Shown: positions 20,670 through 30,915, counted from the first letter of the stretch. The stretch is 64,000 nucleotides of DNA from an uncultured cyanobacterium (GCA_963803805.1 CAWDOD010000002.1:672001-736000); one strand, 5' to 3'. The notes: generated by a model not told the origin, from the letters alone. Program-made: numbers and translations.

Positions 20670-21416
20670 ATGTTTCACACAAGCTTAGTAGGATACTTTC
20701 AGGTTCTTAAAAAGATTGGCAAAGATTATATTATCAGTAAAATTGGGGGAGGACTAGAACGGCTAAGTATAGAAGGATTGAAAGTCAACTCTGACAGAAT
20801 TTTAGCTTACTCTCCAATAGCTCTTGAAATAGGAGAAACCTATTACGGCGAAATTGAAAAGGTTAAAAATCCTATAATCTGTCCGTTGTTTATTCCTTGT
20901 GATACAGTTTATGCCCGCCGTTACACTGTTATTACCTATCGAGCATATAACGATACTTGTGTTCTACGTATAGCAAACAAAAATGAATATGATCCTGCAT
21001 CTCATTACTTTTCCGATAACTTCAGCGAATTCGGACAAGCAATAGATTGTGAATGCCGCAAAAAGCTTTACGAAGGTATAGTAGTTCTCGGTGAAATAGT
21101 TATAAGATTCCCAAGTAAAGCTGCTTTTAAATTTACTACTCAAAAAGAGGACGATTTTGAAGCATTTATCTCCTCTACAACTCCAGAAGATGATGATGAA
21201 ATTAGTGAATTTACTTGTTTCGCAACTTCAAAAGAATATGACTTGTTTGAATCCAAATTACAATCCCTAGAAGAAGATAACTTAATAAAAGAAGATAACT
21301 TGATTGAATCCGAATTAGAATCCCTTCGTAAACGCCTGGAGAATCATAGTTTTGAGTCTGAATTAGAATCCCTTCGTAAACGCTTTGAAAATAATAGCAA
21401 TGAACATGAAGAATAA
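20670..21416 (+). CDS. Hypothetical protein with repeated C-terminal coiled-coil units
   Basis: 248-aa ORF, no motif recognised; EDNLI x2 and ESELESLRKR(L/F)EN x2. Confidence 0.5.
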   Translation: MFHTSLVGYFQVLKKIGKDYIISKIGGGLERLSIEGLKVNSDRILAYSPIALEIGETYYGEIEKVKNPIICPLFIPCDTVYARRYTVITYRAYNDTCVLRIANKNEYDPASHYFSDNFSEFGQAIDCECRKKLYEGIVVLGEIVIRFPSKAAFKFTTQKEDDFEAFISSTTPEDDDEISEFTCFATSKEYDLFESKLQSLEEDNLIKEDNLIESELESLRKRLENHSFESELESLRKRFENNSNEHEE

Positions 21417-21892
21417 GAGCAGTTTCTCAAAGCCTCAATCCTTTCTCTAAAACCTGATCAAAGTTACATTTCTAAGAGAAGTAAATAATCATCAAAGCTA
21501 TCTTTTGTCAATAGGTGCTGAAATTCAATCCTGAAAATAAGTGATTGCTATATAGCTTGTTCTCTTGTGTAATTTCTTCCCTCAAGCTATTTTGTTCAAG
21601 CAAAGTCTCATTCTACGGTGGTTTTCCTAAGTTCAAGATTGTTTTGGGTAGCAAAAACCCCAACTTATCATTATTTATAAATCTTGATTTATTCTATTAT
21701 GAAAAAAACCTCTGTCAATGCCCTATTAAGTCGTTCTTAATATAACTTCATAAAGAGACTAAAAAATTACTGAGGTTTAAATGATTTAAACCCTGACTAC
21801 AAGAAAAGAAAGTTTTGCTTATCAATTTTGACGTTGTTGTCTGTCGTGCCTATCTAGAGTTACGCTGCACCTTTGGGAAATGAGCAACAAGA

Positions 21893-23116
21893 TTATTTTC
21901 TTTGAGAACAATCCAACATCGACTTCAGGCTTAAAGCAAAAACTGCCGTTAATATAGTTAAGACTCCTGCAACCCAAAAAGGAGTACTGTAGCTAATACT
22001 AACCAACAAACCAGCGATCGCAGGGCCAATAGCATTGGACATACTTAGGTAAGAAGAGTTAATACCCATGACTTCCCCCTGTTCATTATTGCTACTATTG
22101 GTTGACAAAATTGAGCTAATTAAGGGCATGGGAAAGGAGTTGGTGATCCCTAATAAACAGAGGAGAATCACAAATCCTGACAAAGTGGGGAAAAAAGGAA
22201 TGAGGATAAAAATTACTGCCCTCGCTGCGATCGCGGTGAAAAGAATATTTGCTAAGTTGAATTTTTCGCTTAAAGGCCCCACTGCAAAAAGCTGAGTGAA
22301 GATACCAACTATACCAATTAAAGCAAACAAAATTGCTAGGGTTTTCGGTTCTTGTTTGAGAACATTAAGAAAGAATGGTTGGAAGGCAAAAGTAAAGACG
22401 GTGAAAGTGAAGCCGCTAAGGAAAGTTAAAATAAATACTCGACCAATTTTCGGTCGTCGTGCAGAGTTGAGGATTTTATCGAAACCGAACATTTGCCAAT
22501 TTAACCGAAACGTCTCTTCCTTTTTTGGTAAAGTTTCTGGCAACAAAAAGATAGTCAGTACCACAGCCAGGGTAGCTAATACTGCCCCGGCGATGAAACT
22601 CATACCCAAGGAAGATACCCCCGGCAGGGTGGGTAAGGTTTGGGCAAAGTAGCTGATAGCGGGGCCTGTGATGAAACCGAGGCGGAAGGCTGCATCAAAT
22701 AAGCCAAAAGCTTTCGGCCTATCTTTAGGGGCGGTGGTGTCACTAATAACTGCCCCAGCAATGGAAGTGTTTCCCCCAGTTAAACCATCTAAAATTCTCG
22801 CCGCAAATAGCAACCAAGCAAAGGCAGCCCAACTAGCTATAAGGTTGGCTAAGACTGTACCGATTAAACTAATAACTAAAAGGGGCTTACGTCCAAAAAA
22901 ATCTGAAAGTCTACCGAGAATTGGTGTGGCTATGAATTGAGAGATAGCATAGGCTGTGGTGAGTAAGCTAGCTTGGAAATCGCTTAACCCAAACTCTTTA
23001 GCATAGGGATAAAGAATCGGAATGATGATAGTGAAGCTAACGGAATTAATGAAGGCAATTAAGGCAACAATCCAGAATTTTAGGGGTAAGTTGAACCTAG
23101 CAGGCAAATTTTTCAA
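21893..23116 (-). CDS. MFS transporter (TetA/DHA1-like)
   Basis: GRLSDFFGRKP motif A, ARILDGLTGGN, about 12 TM helices. Confidence 0.9.
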   Translation of the reverse strand: MKNLPARFNLPLKFWIVALIAFINSVSFTIIIPILYPYAKEFGLSDFQASLLTTAYAISQFIATPILGRLSDFFGRKPLLVISLIGTVLANLIASWAAFAWLLFAARILDGLTGGNTSIAGAVISDTTAPKDRPKAFGLFDAAFRLGFITGPAISYFAQTLPTLPGVSSLGMSFIAGAVLATLAVVLTIFLLPETLPKKEETFRLNWQMFGFDKILNSARRPKIGRVFILTFLSGFTFTVFTFAFQPFFLNVLKQEPKTLAILFALIGIVGIFTQLFAVGPLSEKFNLANILFTAIAARAVIFILIPFFPTLSGFVILLCLLGITNSFPMPLISSILSTNSSNNEQGEVMGINSSYLSMSNAIGPAIAGLLVSISYSTPFWVAGVLTILTAVFALSLKSMLDCSQRK

Positions 23117-23165
23117 GTGCGTAGTAAATGATCAATGTTTAATGATAAATGATAAATGGTATTAG

Positions 23166-25151
23166 TTAATTGTTGAGTTTCTGTTCATCGCTATAAAAAC
23201 GGTAGAAGTAATAACCATCAACAAAAGATTGTTCATCAGCTACGTGGTGGATAATACCTTTTTCAATAAGCATCTGCCCAATTTCCACTGCTTCACTACG
23301 ACTGCTTTGTTGCTTTTCTACAAGCCAATCCACCGCTTCTGAACCCAGAAAACAATAACGATAGCGCTTGAAGCGATAAACTCTATCTTGAATGTCTAGC
23401 CCTTGGTTTCCTCGCATTGCTTTTACTAAAGTTTCTATTTCCCAAGCAGTTAGCTTATCAGGATTATGGTTAATTTCTAATAATGGTTGCTCCCTATTTC
23501 TTTGCTCTAAAGGAGACTCTTGAGGTTCTAGGTTCGGGAAATCGTCTATTTCTGAGTCGAACTCAGAATTATTTTCTTGAGCAGAACTATTTTGAGTTAA
23601 CCAAGTTTTTAGTAATTCCTCTAACGCAGGCGATCGCAAATTCAAGTCTCTTTGAGGGAAAGGAACTTGAATATTATGGCGGCGCAAACTTTCATCAATG
23701 CGATAGTTAAGATCACTTTTAATACGGGGCTGCTTTTGGGGATCTTTTGTCCAAACTAGTAGTTCAAAGTTGAGAGAACTATCTCCAAATTCTTGAAACC
23801 AAACTTCTGGTTTTGGTCTATAAAGTACATCATCGTGGTCTGTTGCTGCTTCTAAAAGTGCTGATTTGACTTTTTTGATATCCGAACCATAGGCAACTCC
23901 TACAGGGATTTTGAGGCGGGTAATTGAGTCACCATGGCGGCGATTAATTACTTCGTTTTCTAGAAAGCTAGAGTTAGGAATAATAATGGCAACTTGATCG
24001 AGGGTTAAAATTTCTGTGCTGCGTGCGCCGATGCGTTTTACGGTTCCTTCCAAGCCATTTATTTCCACAAAATCACTAACTTTAATCGGTTGCTCAATTG
24101 TAATAATAACTCCACTAATAAAGTTATTAATAATGTTTTGTAAACCGAAACCGATACCTACCCCTAAAGCACTAGCAAAAATAGCTAAAGAACTAACATC
24201 CACTCCCCAAATTTGTAAAACTAAAATAACACCAAAAAAAGTAAGTAGATATTGAGTAATGAAACTAATTACTTGTTGTAGTCCTTTGTCAGCACCAATT
24301 TTAGTAAATAGATGGGTTTGTAGTAACTTGATGAAACTACGAACTCCAAACCAAACACCAATTATGAACACCAATAAGAACAACAGTTGGAGAATAGAGT
24401 AAGGCTTGTCTCCTATGGTGATTAGAGGATAAAAGAGAAAGGTAAATATTCTGTAGCGCCAACCTCTGGCTTGAGGGAATATATCAGTAACGTAATAAGC
24501 TGTACTAAACCACAAAGTTATTTGTAAGATCAGCCAAAAAAGTCTCGAACCATTGACAATTGGCTGTCGGGTAGATTGACGAATGTTAATATTTACTAGC
24601 AGTTTTCTTACTTGCTTGGTAATAAAACGACCTAAGAATTTAATCAAAAAATGAACTGTGATCGTGCCAATTAATATTCCTAAGCTTAATAAGAAACCAC
24701 GACGATAATAAGATAAGGTGCGCTCTTCTTTACCTCTTTTTAAAGCTGTTTCAATACGTCTTTGCCAGCTATAAGCTTGAAGCTTGGGAGTTAGGCTACT
24801 AGTTAAATCTCCTTGAGTTACAGTTAAAATATGCTCGTCTTGTTCTTTAACACGAATAACTACAGAACCTTCTTCTTCTACTACTTCAATCTGTACTGGC
24901 TCAGGGGAGTTTACTAATTTATCTAATGCTTCATTAACAAGTTCAGCCCGTTCAAAAGCTGATAAGCTAGCATATTCTTGGACTTTAAACAATTCCTTGC
25001 CGTCTAGCATAACTGGGGCTTTTCCTAAGTTAGGGTTCCAAGGTATTTGAGCTAGACTAGAAGTGGGAAAAACAATTATTAATAGAGTTAGCAAACAAAG
25101 TAATATAAATAACCAAGGTTGTTTGAAAAATCGACTCATATCATTTATCAT
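23166..25151 (-). CDS. mscS: MscS small-conductance mechanosensitive channel with C-terminal DEP domain
   Basis: LGVGIGFGLQNIINNFISG, IIPNS, PFPQRDL; C-terminal GLDIQDR...CFLGSEAVDWL...RSEAVEIGQMLIEKGIIHHV...FYRF (DEP). Confidence 0.9.
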   Translation of the reverse strand: MINDMSRFFKQPWLFILLCLLTLLIIVFPTSSLAQIPWNPNLGKAPVMLDGKELFKVQEYASLSAFERAELVNEALDKLVNSPEPVQIEVVEEEGSVVIRVKEQDEHILTVTQGDLTSSLTPKLQAYSWQRRIETALKRGKEERTLSYYRRGFLLSLGILIGTITVHFLIKFLGRFITKQVRKLLVNINIRQSTRQPIVNGSRLFWLILQITLWFSTAYYVTDIFPQARGWRYRIFTFLFYPLITIGDKPYSILQLLFLLVFIIGVWFGVRSFIKLLQTHLFTKIGADKGLQQVISFITQYLLTFFGVILVLQIWGVDVSSLAIFASALGVGIGFGLQNIINNFISGVIITIEQPIKVSDFVEINGLEGTVKRIGARSTEILTLDQVAIIIPNSSFLENEVINRRHGDSITRLKIPVGVAYGSDIKKVKSALLEAATDHDDVLYRPKPEVWFQEFGDSSLNFELLVWTKDPQKQPRIKSDLNYRIDESLRRHNIQVPFPQRDLNLRSPALEELLKTWLTQNSSAQENNSEFDSEIDDFPNLEPQESPLEQRNREQPLLEINHNPDKLTAWEIETLVKAMRGNQGLDIQDRVYRFKRYRYCFLGSEAVDWLVEKQQSSRSEAVEIGQMLIEKGIIHHVADEQSFVDGYYFYRFYSDEQKLNN

Positions 25152-25200
25152 TTGTTATTGATCATTTATGATTTTAACCAACCTAATTAAGCTCTAGTTA

Positions 25201-25395
25201 TTACTTGTTACCTATTATCTTCCACCTCATAAATTTCAATACCTTACAATGAGGAGAAATTTCTGCTACTACCGAAGCTTTGGTATTGGGAGAAACATTT
25301 TGCTTAGTGGGTTTAGGAATAGAACAGCTAGCTAATAAGCTTGAAAAGAAAAGAATAGTTACAGTAGAAAGTGGTTGAATATTTTTCATCGCCAA
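25201..25395 (-). pseudogene. Probable truncated lipoprotein remnant
   Basis: Signal peptide with lipobox LLASC followed by an early stop; lies in a patch of decayed genes. Confidence 0.35.
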
Positions 25396-25428
25396 GATTT
25401 TCTAGATACTTAGTATTTAAGTTAAATT

Positions 25429-25941
25429 ATGACTAATAACTATAGTGTAGACGAAATAGAAATACTTTCAGACCTTGAGGCAATACGCAACGCCTTGGAA
25501 TGTATATTGGTTCGACTAGTAACAAAGGACTTGGTCAGATATTAAATGAAGTAATAGACAATTCTGTTGAAGAAGCTATTGCTCATTATTGTTCAGAAAA
25601 GCTATAATTGGCGTTACGAAAAAAGTAATGCTGTCACTACTTTGCAAGCACAACCTAACAATAATAGTTATAGCCGAACATCAATTACTTTTAAGCCAGA
25701 TAGAGAAATATTGTGTCAATCTCCTTTTAGTTTGACCACTCTGAAAATGAGATTACAAGAGTCAGCTTATCTCAATGCTAATCTTCAACTTACACTATGC
25801 GATCGCCCCTCTACCGAAGTAAAGATTACTCGTTACCATTATCCTCAAGAAATGCCAGATTATTTATCTCAAATAAATAAAACTCGTCCTCTAATTAATG
25901 ACGAAGTTATCTACATTAAAGTTATCCTAAATAGGATTTAG
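25429..25941 (+). pseudogene. Degraded GyrB-like ATPase-domain gene (frameshifts plus internal deletion)
   Basis: Own translation: MTNNYSVDEIEILSDLEAIR / RLGMYIGSTSNKGLGQILNEVIDNSVEEAIAHYC, then RYEKSNAVTTLQAQP...TSITFKPDREI...RLQESAYLNANL; matches the GyrB N-terminus with the DNGRG/GGLHGVG region missing. Confidence 0.8.
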
Positions 25942-25995
25942 TAGCATAGGTTAGTAGAACTGTTTGAAAAAGAAAGTTAATAAATCTACTCCTCA

Positions 25996-26417
25996 TCAAC
26001 TCTCAGCAAAAACCTGACTAGCCTTTAAATTTAAACCAGGAAAAATCTGGGAAACAATTACATCATCGTTGCGGAATAATTGCTTTTGATACTCATCTTC
26101 AACTAAAGCACAAACTGTAACCGTCGGCTGTTTTGCCCTGCCAATATATTCCCTACCGCCAATACCAAGATAGTCTACAATCCAATACTCTGGCACACCC
26201 AGTAAAGCAGAATCTTCTGATTTACGAGCATAATCATTTTGCCAGTTAGTACTAACAACCTCAACAATTTTCGCCCTAAAAACCCCGCTACTTGTTCATG
26301 AAGTCCTATTGGTTCCATTTCTATCAATTCCCCATCAATTAGTTCATAACAATGTTTATCCCCATACTGCCAGAGAAATTCATTAATAGTTATAAACTTG
26401 CTTGTTGCTTGAACCAT
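25996..26417 (-). pseudogene. Uma2 family endonuclease pseudogene with internal deletion/frameshift near 26265
   Basis: YELIDGELIEMEPIGLHEQVAGFL jumps, in another frame, directly to IVEVVSTNWQNDYARK...GVPEYWIVDY; the PD-containing segment is absent. Confidence 0.82.
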
Positions 26418-26419
26418 TT

Positions 26420-27430
26420 TTAATTTGTACTCCCCCTATTCCTAAAAACCTGCAAATGTCTTTGTGCTTGCTCATAAGCAGTTGTATAACCCTGTTGTTG
26501 TGCCAAAGAAGCAGCTTTTCTTGTATCTTCAATTGCACCTTTGGTATCCCCTAAATAATAACGAGCAATACCTCTATTAAGATAGGCTTCTGTATATTGA
26601 GAATTTAGTCTAATTGCCTGAGTATAATCGGCGATCGCACCTTGAGTATCCCCCCTTTGACGACGTACTACTCCCCGGTTAAGATAAGCTTCATCACTAT
26701 TAGGATCTATACTTAAGGCGCGATTATAATCTTCTAATGCCTCCGAATCTCTTTTTAAATAAAAGTAAGCAACACCACGATTAACATAAGCTTGGGCATA
26801 ATTACTATTAAGACGTAAAGCGCGATTATAATCAGCGATCGCCTCTTGATATTTTCCTAACTGACGTAGTGCCAAACCTCTATTACTGTAGGCTTCAGGA
26901 AAGTTGGGATCTATTTTTAAACCTTGGTTATAATCGGCGATCGCCTCTTGATACTGCCCAGAAAGATAGCGGGCGTAGCCCCGATTAACATAGGCTTGAG
27001 CATAATTACTATTAAGACGTAAAGCACGGTTATAATCTTCTATAGCTCCTCGATAATCCCGTAACTTGCGTCTAGCTAAACCTCGATTATTATATGCTTC
27101 AGTAAAATCAGGATTGATTTTTAGAGCCTGATTATAATCTTTGATTGCCCCTTGATAATCCCTGAGAATATAAAGAACATAACCCCGATTATAGTAAGTT
27201 GGGTAATGCTTGGGATTAAGTTCAAGTACTTGGTTGAAATCTTCAATAGCCCCTCGATAGTTGCCTTGTTGATACTTTTCGATGCCCTTATAAAACAAAT
27301 CTTCTGCATTTCTAGGGGCAGCCGCAACATAAACTGGTAGTGTTTGGGCAGAGGTAGCTAAGGTTACACCACAAATAGCGGTAACAATACTAAAGCTAGC
27401 AATTAATGTATAACTGAGATGTTTCATCAC
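26420..27430 (-). CDS. Secreted tetratricopeptide-repeat protein
   Basis: Signal peptide then ~8 34-aa TPRs (AYxNRG...YxxAIxDYNxAL). Confidence 0.9.
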   Translation of the reverse strand: MMKHLSYTLIASFSIVTAICGVTLATSAQTLPVYVAAAPRNAEDLFYKGIEKYQQGNYRGAIEDFNQVLELNPKHYPTYYNRGYVLYILRDYQGAIKDYNQALKINPDFTEAYNNRGLARRKLRDYRGAIEDYNRALRLNSNYAQAYVNRGYARYLSGQYQEAIADYNQGLKIDPNFPEAYSNRGLALRQLGKYQEAIADYNRALRLNSNYAQAYVNRGVAYFYLKRDSEALEDYNRALSIDPNSDEAYLNRGVVRRQRGDTQGAIADYTQAIRLNSQYTEAYLNRGIARYYLGDTKGAIEDTRKAASLAQQQGYTTAYEQAQRHLQVFRNRGSTN

Positions 27431-27554
27431 TCATCGTGACTAATAACATCTTCAATTATCCCCTTTGAAGCCCTCGATAACATCAAGTTTGCTTTTTACT
27501 TTACTTTTAAAATTGGGATGGTAGGAAAAAAATGTAGCCTCGCCCTATTTTTAA

Positions 27555-27658
27555 CTAGTACTGTATCAGGGTTTATTTTTAGGGATAGTGTTTTTAGTTA
27601 AAAATTCCCCTTTCCCCTTTCCCCTTTCCCCATCAATTTTCAATTGACAGACTACTAG
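27555..27658. mobile_element. Small MITE-like dispersed repeat with CTAGTA ends and (TTTCCCC)n interior
   Basis: Ends CTAGTACTGTATCA / TGACAGACTACTAG are imperfect inverted repeats; a related end sequence recurs at 45790-45850. Confidence 0.5.
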
Positions 27659-27753
27659 GGAAACACAGGCACAAGTTCACAATCAGGGATATTCAAGCAA
27701 GGGCGAAGGCTATAATGCAAGGGCAATTCAGCAGGTTATAGCGTAGTTATGGT

Positions 27754-27975
27754 TTAAACTTTTTCCAGAATTTTGGGTTGCTCTGGTGGGTTTTCTTCTT
27801 TCTCTAACTTCACATCAAAAATAATTTGGTAGCTAACATCAGGAATCAACCGCCGCAAGACTTGCAGGTGTGCTTCTGCATCGTTACGACGACGAAAACG
27901 AGCAAGTACTCGCCACTGTACATCGGCTACAGGTTTGATAATGCACCAAGGGTAAAGCTGTTCAAAATAGGTCAT
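27754..27975 (-). CDS. Conserved small cyanobacterial hypothetical protein
   Basis: MTY..QLYPWCII.....Q..VLARFRRRNDAEAHLQVLRRLIP...YQIIFD pattern. Confidence 0.75.
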   Translation of the reverse strand: MTYFEQLYPWCIIKPVADVQWRVLARFRRRNDAEAHLQVLRRLIPDVSYQIIFDVKLEKEENPPEQPKILEKV

Positions 27976-28079
27976 AATTCATCAATAATTTGAACTTTAG
28001 CCACCTTAATAGAAAAAAAAGCAAAAAGAAATGCCCATCTGACATTTCTTTTTTTACCACTTCATGATATATGCTCATG

Positions 28080-28994
28080 CTACTTGGGAGCGCAAAGTAA
28101 GCTAAATACCTCAGCAGGAATACGCTCAAAATGCTCTAACAAAAAATCCATCAAAGCCAGATTACGTAAATCATCTTTGTTGGGGCGGCGGTAGCTTTTG
28201 CCCCGAGAAAACCAGTGGCGAACTGTAGAAGTAGAACGAGAGCAAACCATCGCTAAGACATCGTGGCTAACTTGCCATTTATTATAAAAATGCTTGGGTG
28301 TCATGGCTAGTTGACATTCGCTGTATAGTTGAATCAATTCCTGCTCTCGTTGGGATAGTTTGCGGGTGGTTGGTTGATTAGGATTGTTAGATTTGTAACT
28401 TCCTGGAGGGGCGTGAAAAGATTGGGATTTACTGATTAAATTAGGCAAATAATCTTCTAAATCTTGAGAAACAATTAGCAGCAAATCTTCTTCCCAAGCT
28501 GTATCTGCAACTACCCAATCAGCACTAGGAGAGTTAACATCTAACCAAATGAGGTAACAAATTCCCCACTGACAATTATGTTTAGCATAAGCATAAAAAT
28601 GACCAATTATCACCCCCCAATCTGAGATATTATTCGGAGACTGCCATTTGACGGAATCTCCTTCTCGATAGCGGGGTTTAGCATTAGCAGGAAAATTATC
28701 TAGGGCTTTAGTTGTTGGTGTAGGGATTTCTAAATTAAGAGCATCTTGGTAAGATTCACTATCACCATAGCGCAGAGCATTAAGATAACTAGTAACTTGC
28801 TTACTATCAAGGTTATTAGCCAAGTCTTCAATCATCATTTTGGCTAAATTTTTAAGCTCTTGTTCTCCAATACTCATTGAGTCTGCATCAACGTAGCTGC
28901 GCAAATAAGACAGCAATTTCTTAACCCCAAAATGATCATTGATTTGCTGATTTTTTCCGTAGCTATTGGAAGTTGTGCTAACTGGTTTTATCAT
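28080..28994 (-). CDS. Hypothetical protein with C-terminal HTH-like domain
   Basis: MTPKHFYNKWQVSHDVLAMVCSRSTSTVRHWFSRGK is an HTH-like segment; AAGGA RBS upstream. Confidence 0.65.
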   Translation of the reverse strand: MIKPVSTTSNSYGKNQQINDHFGVKKLLSYLRSYVDADSMSIGEQELKNLAKMMIEDLANNLDSKQVTSYLNALRYGDSESYQDALNLEIPTPTTKALDNFPANAKPRYREGDSVKWQSPNNISDWGVIIGHFYAYAKHNCQWGICYLIWLDVNSPSADWVVADTAWEEDLLLIVSQDLEDYLPNLISKSQSFHAPPGSYKSNNPNQPTTRKLSQREQELIQLYSECQLAMTPKHFYNKWQVSHDVLAMVCSRSTSTVRHWFSRGKSYRRPNKDDLRNLALMDFLLEHFERIPAEVFSLLCAPK

Positions 28995-29023
28995 GGTAAA
29001 GGTTTCCTTTTGTAAGAAGCCCG

Positions 29024-29113
29024 AAGCCAGCAGAAAGCGCTGTAAACTTGTCTGCTGGCTTTTTGTCTTCAGTTTTTAAGTGCCAACGAATTGAGTTACC
29101 AGTTAATAACTGG
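29024..29113. promoter_or_regulatory. 11-bp stem-loop and palindromic operator-like site between divergent HTH and RHH genes
   Basis: AAGCCAGCAGA (29024-34) pairs with TCTGCTGGCTT (29051-61); CCAGTTA-A-TAACTGG (29099-29113). Confidence 0.5.
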
Positions 29114-29197
29114 GTTGGTGATATGGTTAGATGATGTCTATGACCAATTACTGTAACATTAGTTGGTTAATTCATGGGATTGTGAATTCATTAATTC

Positions 29198-29419
29198 GTG
29201 ATCTCATTGTCAAGAATAGGTATAAAGATAACTGTGGTAACTAAACGTGACGACCCTAATTATGCTCAAGTAAGCGGCTATATTCCTAAAAAGTTAGCCC
29301 TTCGTTTTAAAATTGCTTGTACTTCTAAGCAGACCAGTCAAAGTGAAGCTTTAGAAGAAGCTTTAAAGGAGTGGCTAATGCACAACGCTCCTTCTTTCAC
29401 AGAAGAAGAATTACAATGA
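29198..29419 (+). CDS. Ribbon-helix-helix (CopG-like) DNA-binding protein
   Basis: KRDDPNYAQVSGYIPKKLALRFKIAC...SQSEALEEAL..W; true start probably further downstream. Confidence 0.7.
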   Translation: MISLSRIGIKITVVTKRDDPNYAQVSGYIPKKLALRFKIACTSKQTSQSEALEEALKEWLMHNAPSFTEEELQ

Positions 29420-29773
29420 TTAAGCAGGTATTTATTGTAAGCAAACTCAGCAAGTCAGAATTTATGAAAATATTGATACTAGATAGATAATCTGTATAAA
29501 TAAAGCACTTTTTTGCATTCAACAACATCTCTTTTAAGCATCTCTTCAAACAAAAATACTTGCTTTAATATATGTAATCAAATAGTCAATTCACAGAGTA
29601 TCTTTGCCACGAAAATATCAACTGCTACTGTAGAACAAAAAAAAAGAAAGATTGGTTTAGTTCTAGAATCACCAACTAGAATTTAGTAAAAAAGCCCTAA
29701 ACCCTGATCAAATTCCCCAACACCAAGCACCAAATGATAGGATTATGTTTGCTGCAAATAGGTGAGGCGATGG

Positions 29774-30757
29774 ATGGCAGAAACTCTTTTCTATAATGCG
29801 TTGCGTGAAGCAACCGATGAAGAAATGGCTCGTGACAACACTGTATTTGTCCTCGGAGAAGATGTAGGACATTATGGCGGTTCTTATAAAGTGACCAAGG
29901 GCTTATACCAGAAGTACGGTGAATTAAGAGTATTGGATACTCCCATCGCCGAAAATAGCTTTGCTGGTATGGCTGTTGGAGCTGCCATGACGGGCTTAAG
30001 ACCAATAATTGAAGGCATGAACATGGGCTTTTTGCTCCTGGCCTTCAATCAAATTTCCAATAATGCAGGAATGTTGCGCTATACTTCCGGAGGGAATTTT
30101 ACCATCCCGATGGTTATTAGAGGTCCTGGGGGTGTAGGTCGTCAGTTGGGGGCTGAACATTCCCAGCGTTTAGAAGCCTATTTTCATGCTGTTCCAGGGT
30201 TAAAAATTGTGGCTTGTTCAACTCCCTATAATGCTAAAGGTCTGCTTAAAGCAGCCATTCGGGACAACAACCCAGTATTATTCTTTGAACACGTACTTCT
30301 TTATAACTTAAAAGAAGACTTGCCAGACCACGAATATTTAGTTCCCATTGATCAAGCAGAAATGGTTCGACAAGGTAAGGATGTCACAATCCTCACCTAC
30401 TCCAGAATGCGCCATCACTGCCTACAAGCCTTAAAGACTCTAGAAAAAGAAGGATTTGACCCAGAAATTATTGACTTAATCTCTCTCAAACCTTTTGATC
30501 TAGAAACTATCGGCGCTTCGATCAAGAAAACCCACCGCGTCATCATTGTCGAAGAATGTATGAAAACCGGGGGAATTGGGGCAGAATTAACTGCGTTGAT
30601 CAACGAACAACTTTTCGATGAACTAGATGCTCCTGTGGTGCGCCTGTCCTCCCAAGACATTCCGACACCTTACAATGGAACATTAGAAAGACTAACCATT
30701 ATTCAACCAGAGCAAATTGTTGAAGCAGTCAAGAAAATGGTTGCTTTACAAGTTTAG
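29774..30757 (+). CDS. pdhB: Pyruvate dehydrogenase E1 beta subunit
   Basis: [13 protein letters not shown]...[32 protein letters not shown]; start set at ATG 29774. Confidence 0.96.
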   Translation: MAETLFYNALREATDEEMARDNTVFVLGEDVGHYGGSYKVTKGLYQKYGELRVLDTPIAENSFAGMAVGAAMTGLRPIIEGMNMGFLLLAFNQISNNAGMLRYTSGGNFTIPMVIRGPGGVGRQLGAEHSQRLEAYFHAVPGLKIVACSTPYNAKGLLKAAIRDNNPVLFFEHVLLYNLKEDLPDHEYLVPIDQAEMVRQGKDVTILTYSRMRHHCLQALKTLEKEGFDPEIIDLISLKPFDLETIGASIKKTHRVIIVEECMKTGGIGAELTALINEQLFDELDAPVVRLSSQDIPTPYNGTLERLTIIQPEQIVEAVKKMVALQV

Positions 30758-30803
30758 ACAGTGAACATTAAACAGTAAACAGCCAACAGTAAAAAGTCAG
30801 TTG

Positions 30804-30866
30804 TTAGCCGTTGTCACAGACTAAACTAGTAACTGTAGGTTATTAGCCATTGTCGTAGACTAAACT
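30804..30866. repeat. Two imperfect 24-bp direct repeats within heptamer-rich intergenic DNA
   Basis: TTAGCCGTTGTCACAGACTAAACT (30804-27) and TTAGCCATTGTCGTAGACTAAACT (30843-66). Confidence 0.6.
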
Positions 30867-30915
30867 GATAACGATAACTGGTAACTGTTTACTGATAACT
30901 GACAAACCACTAGCC

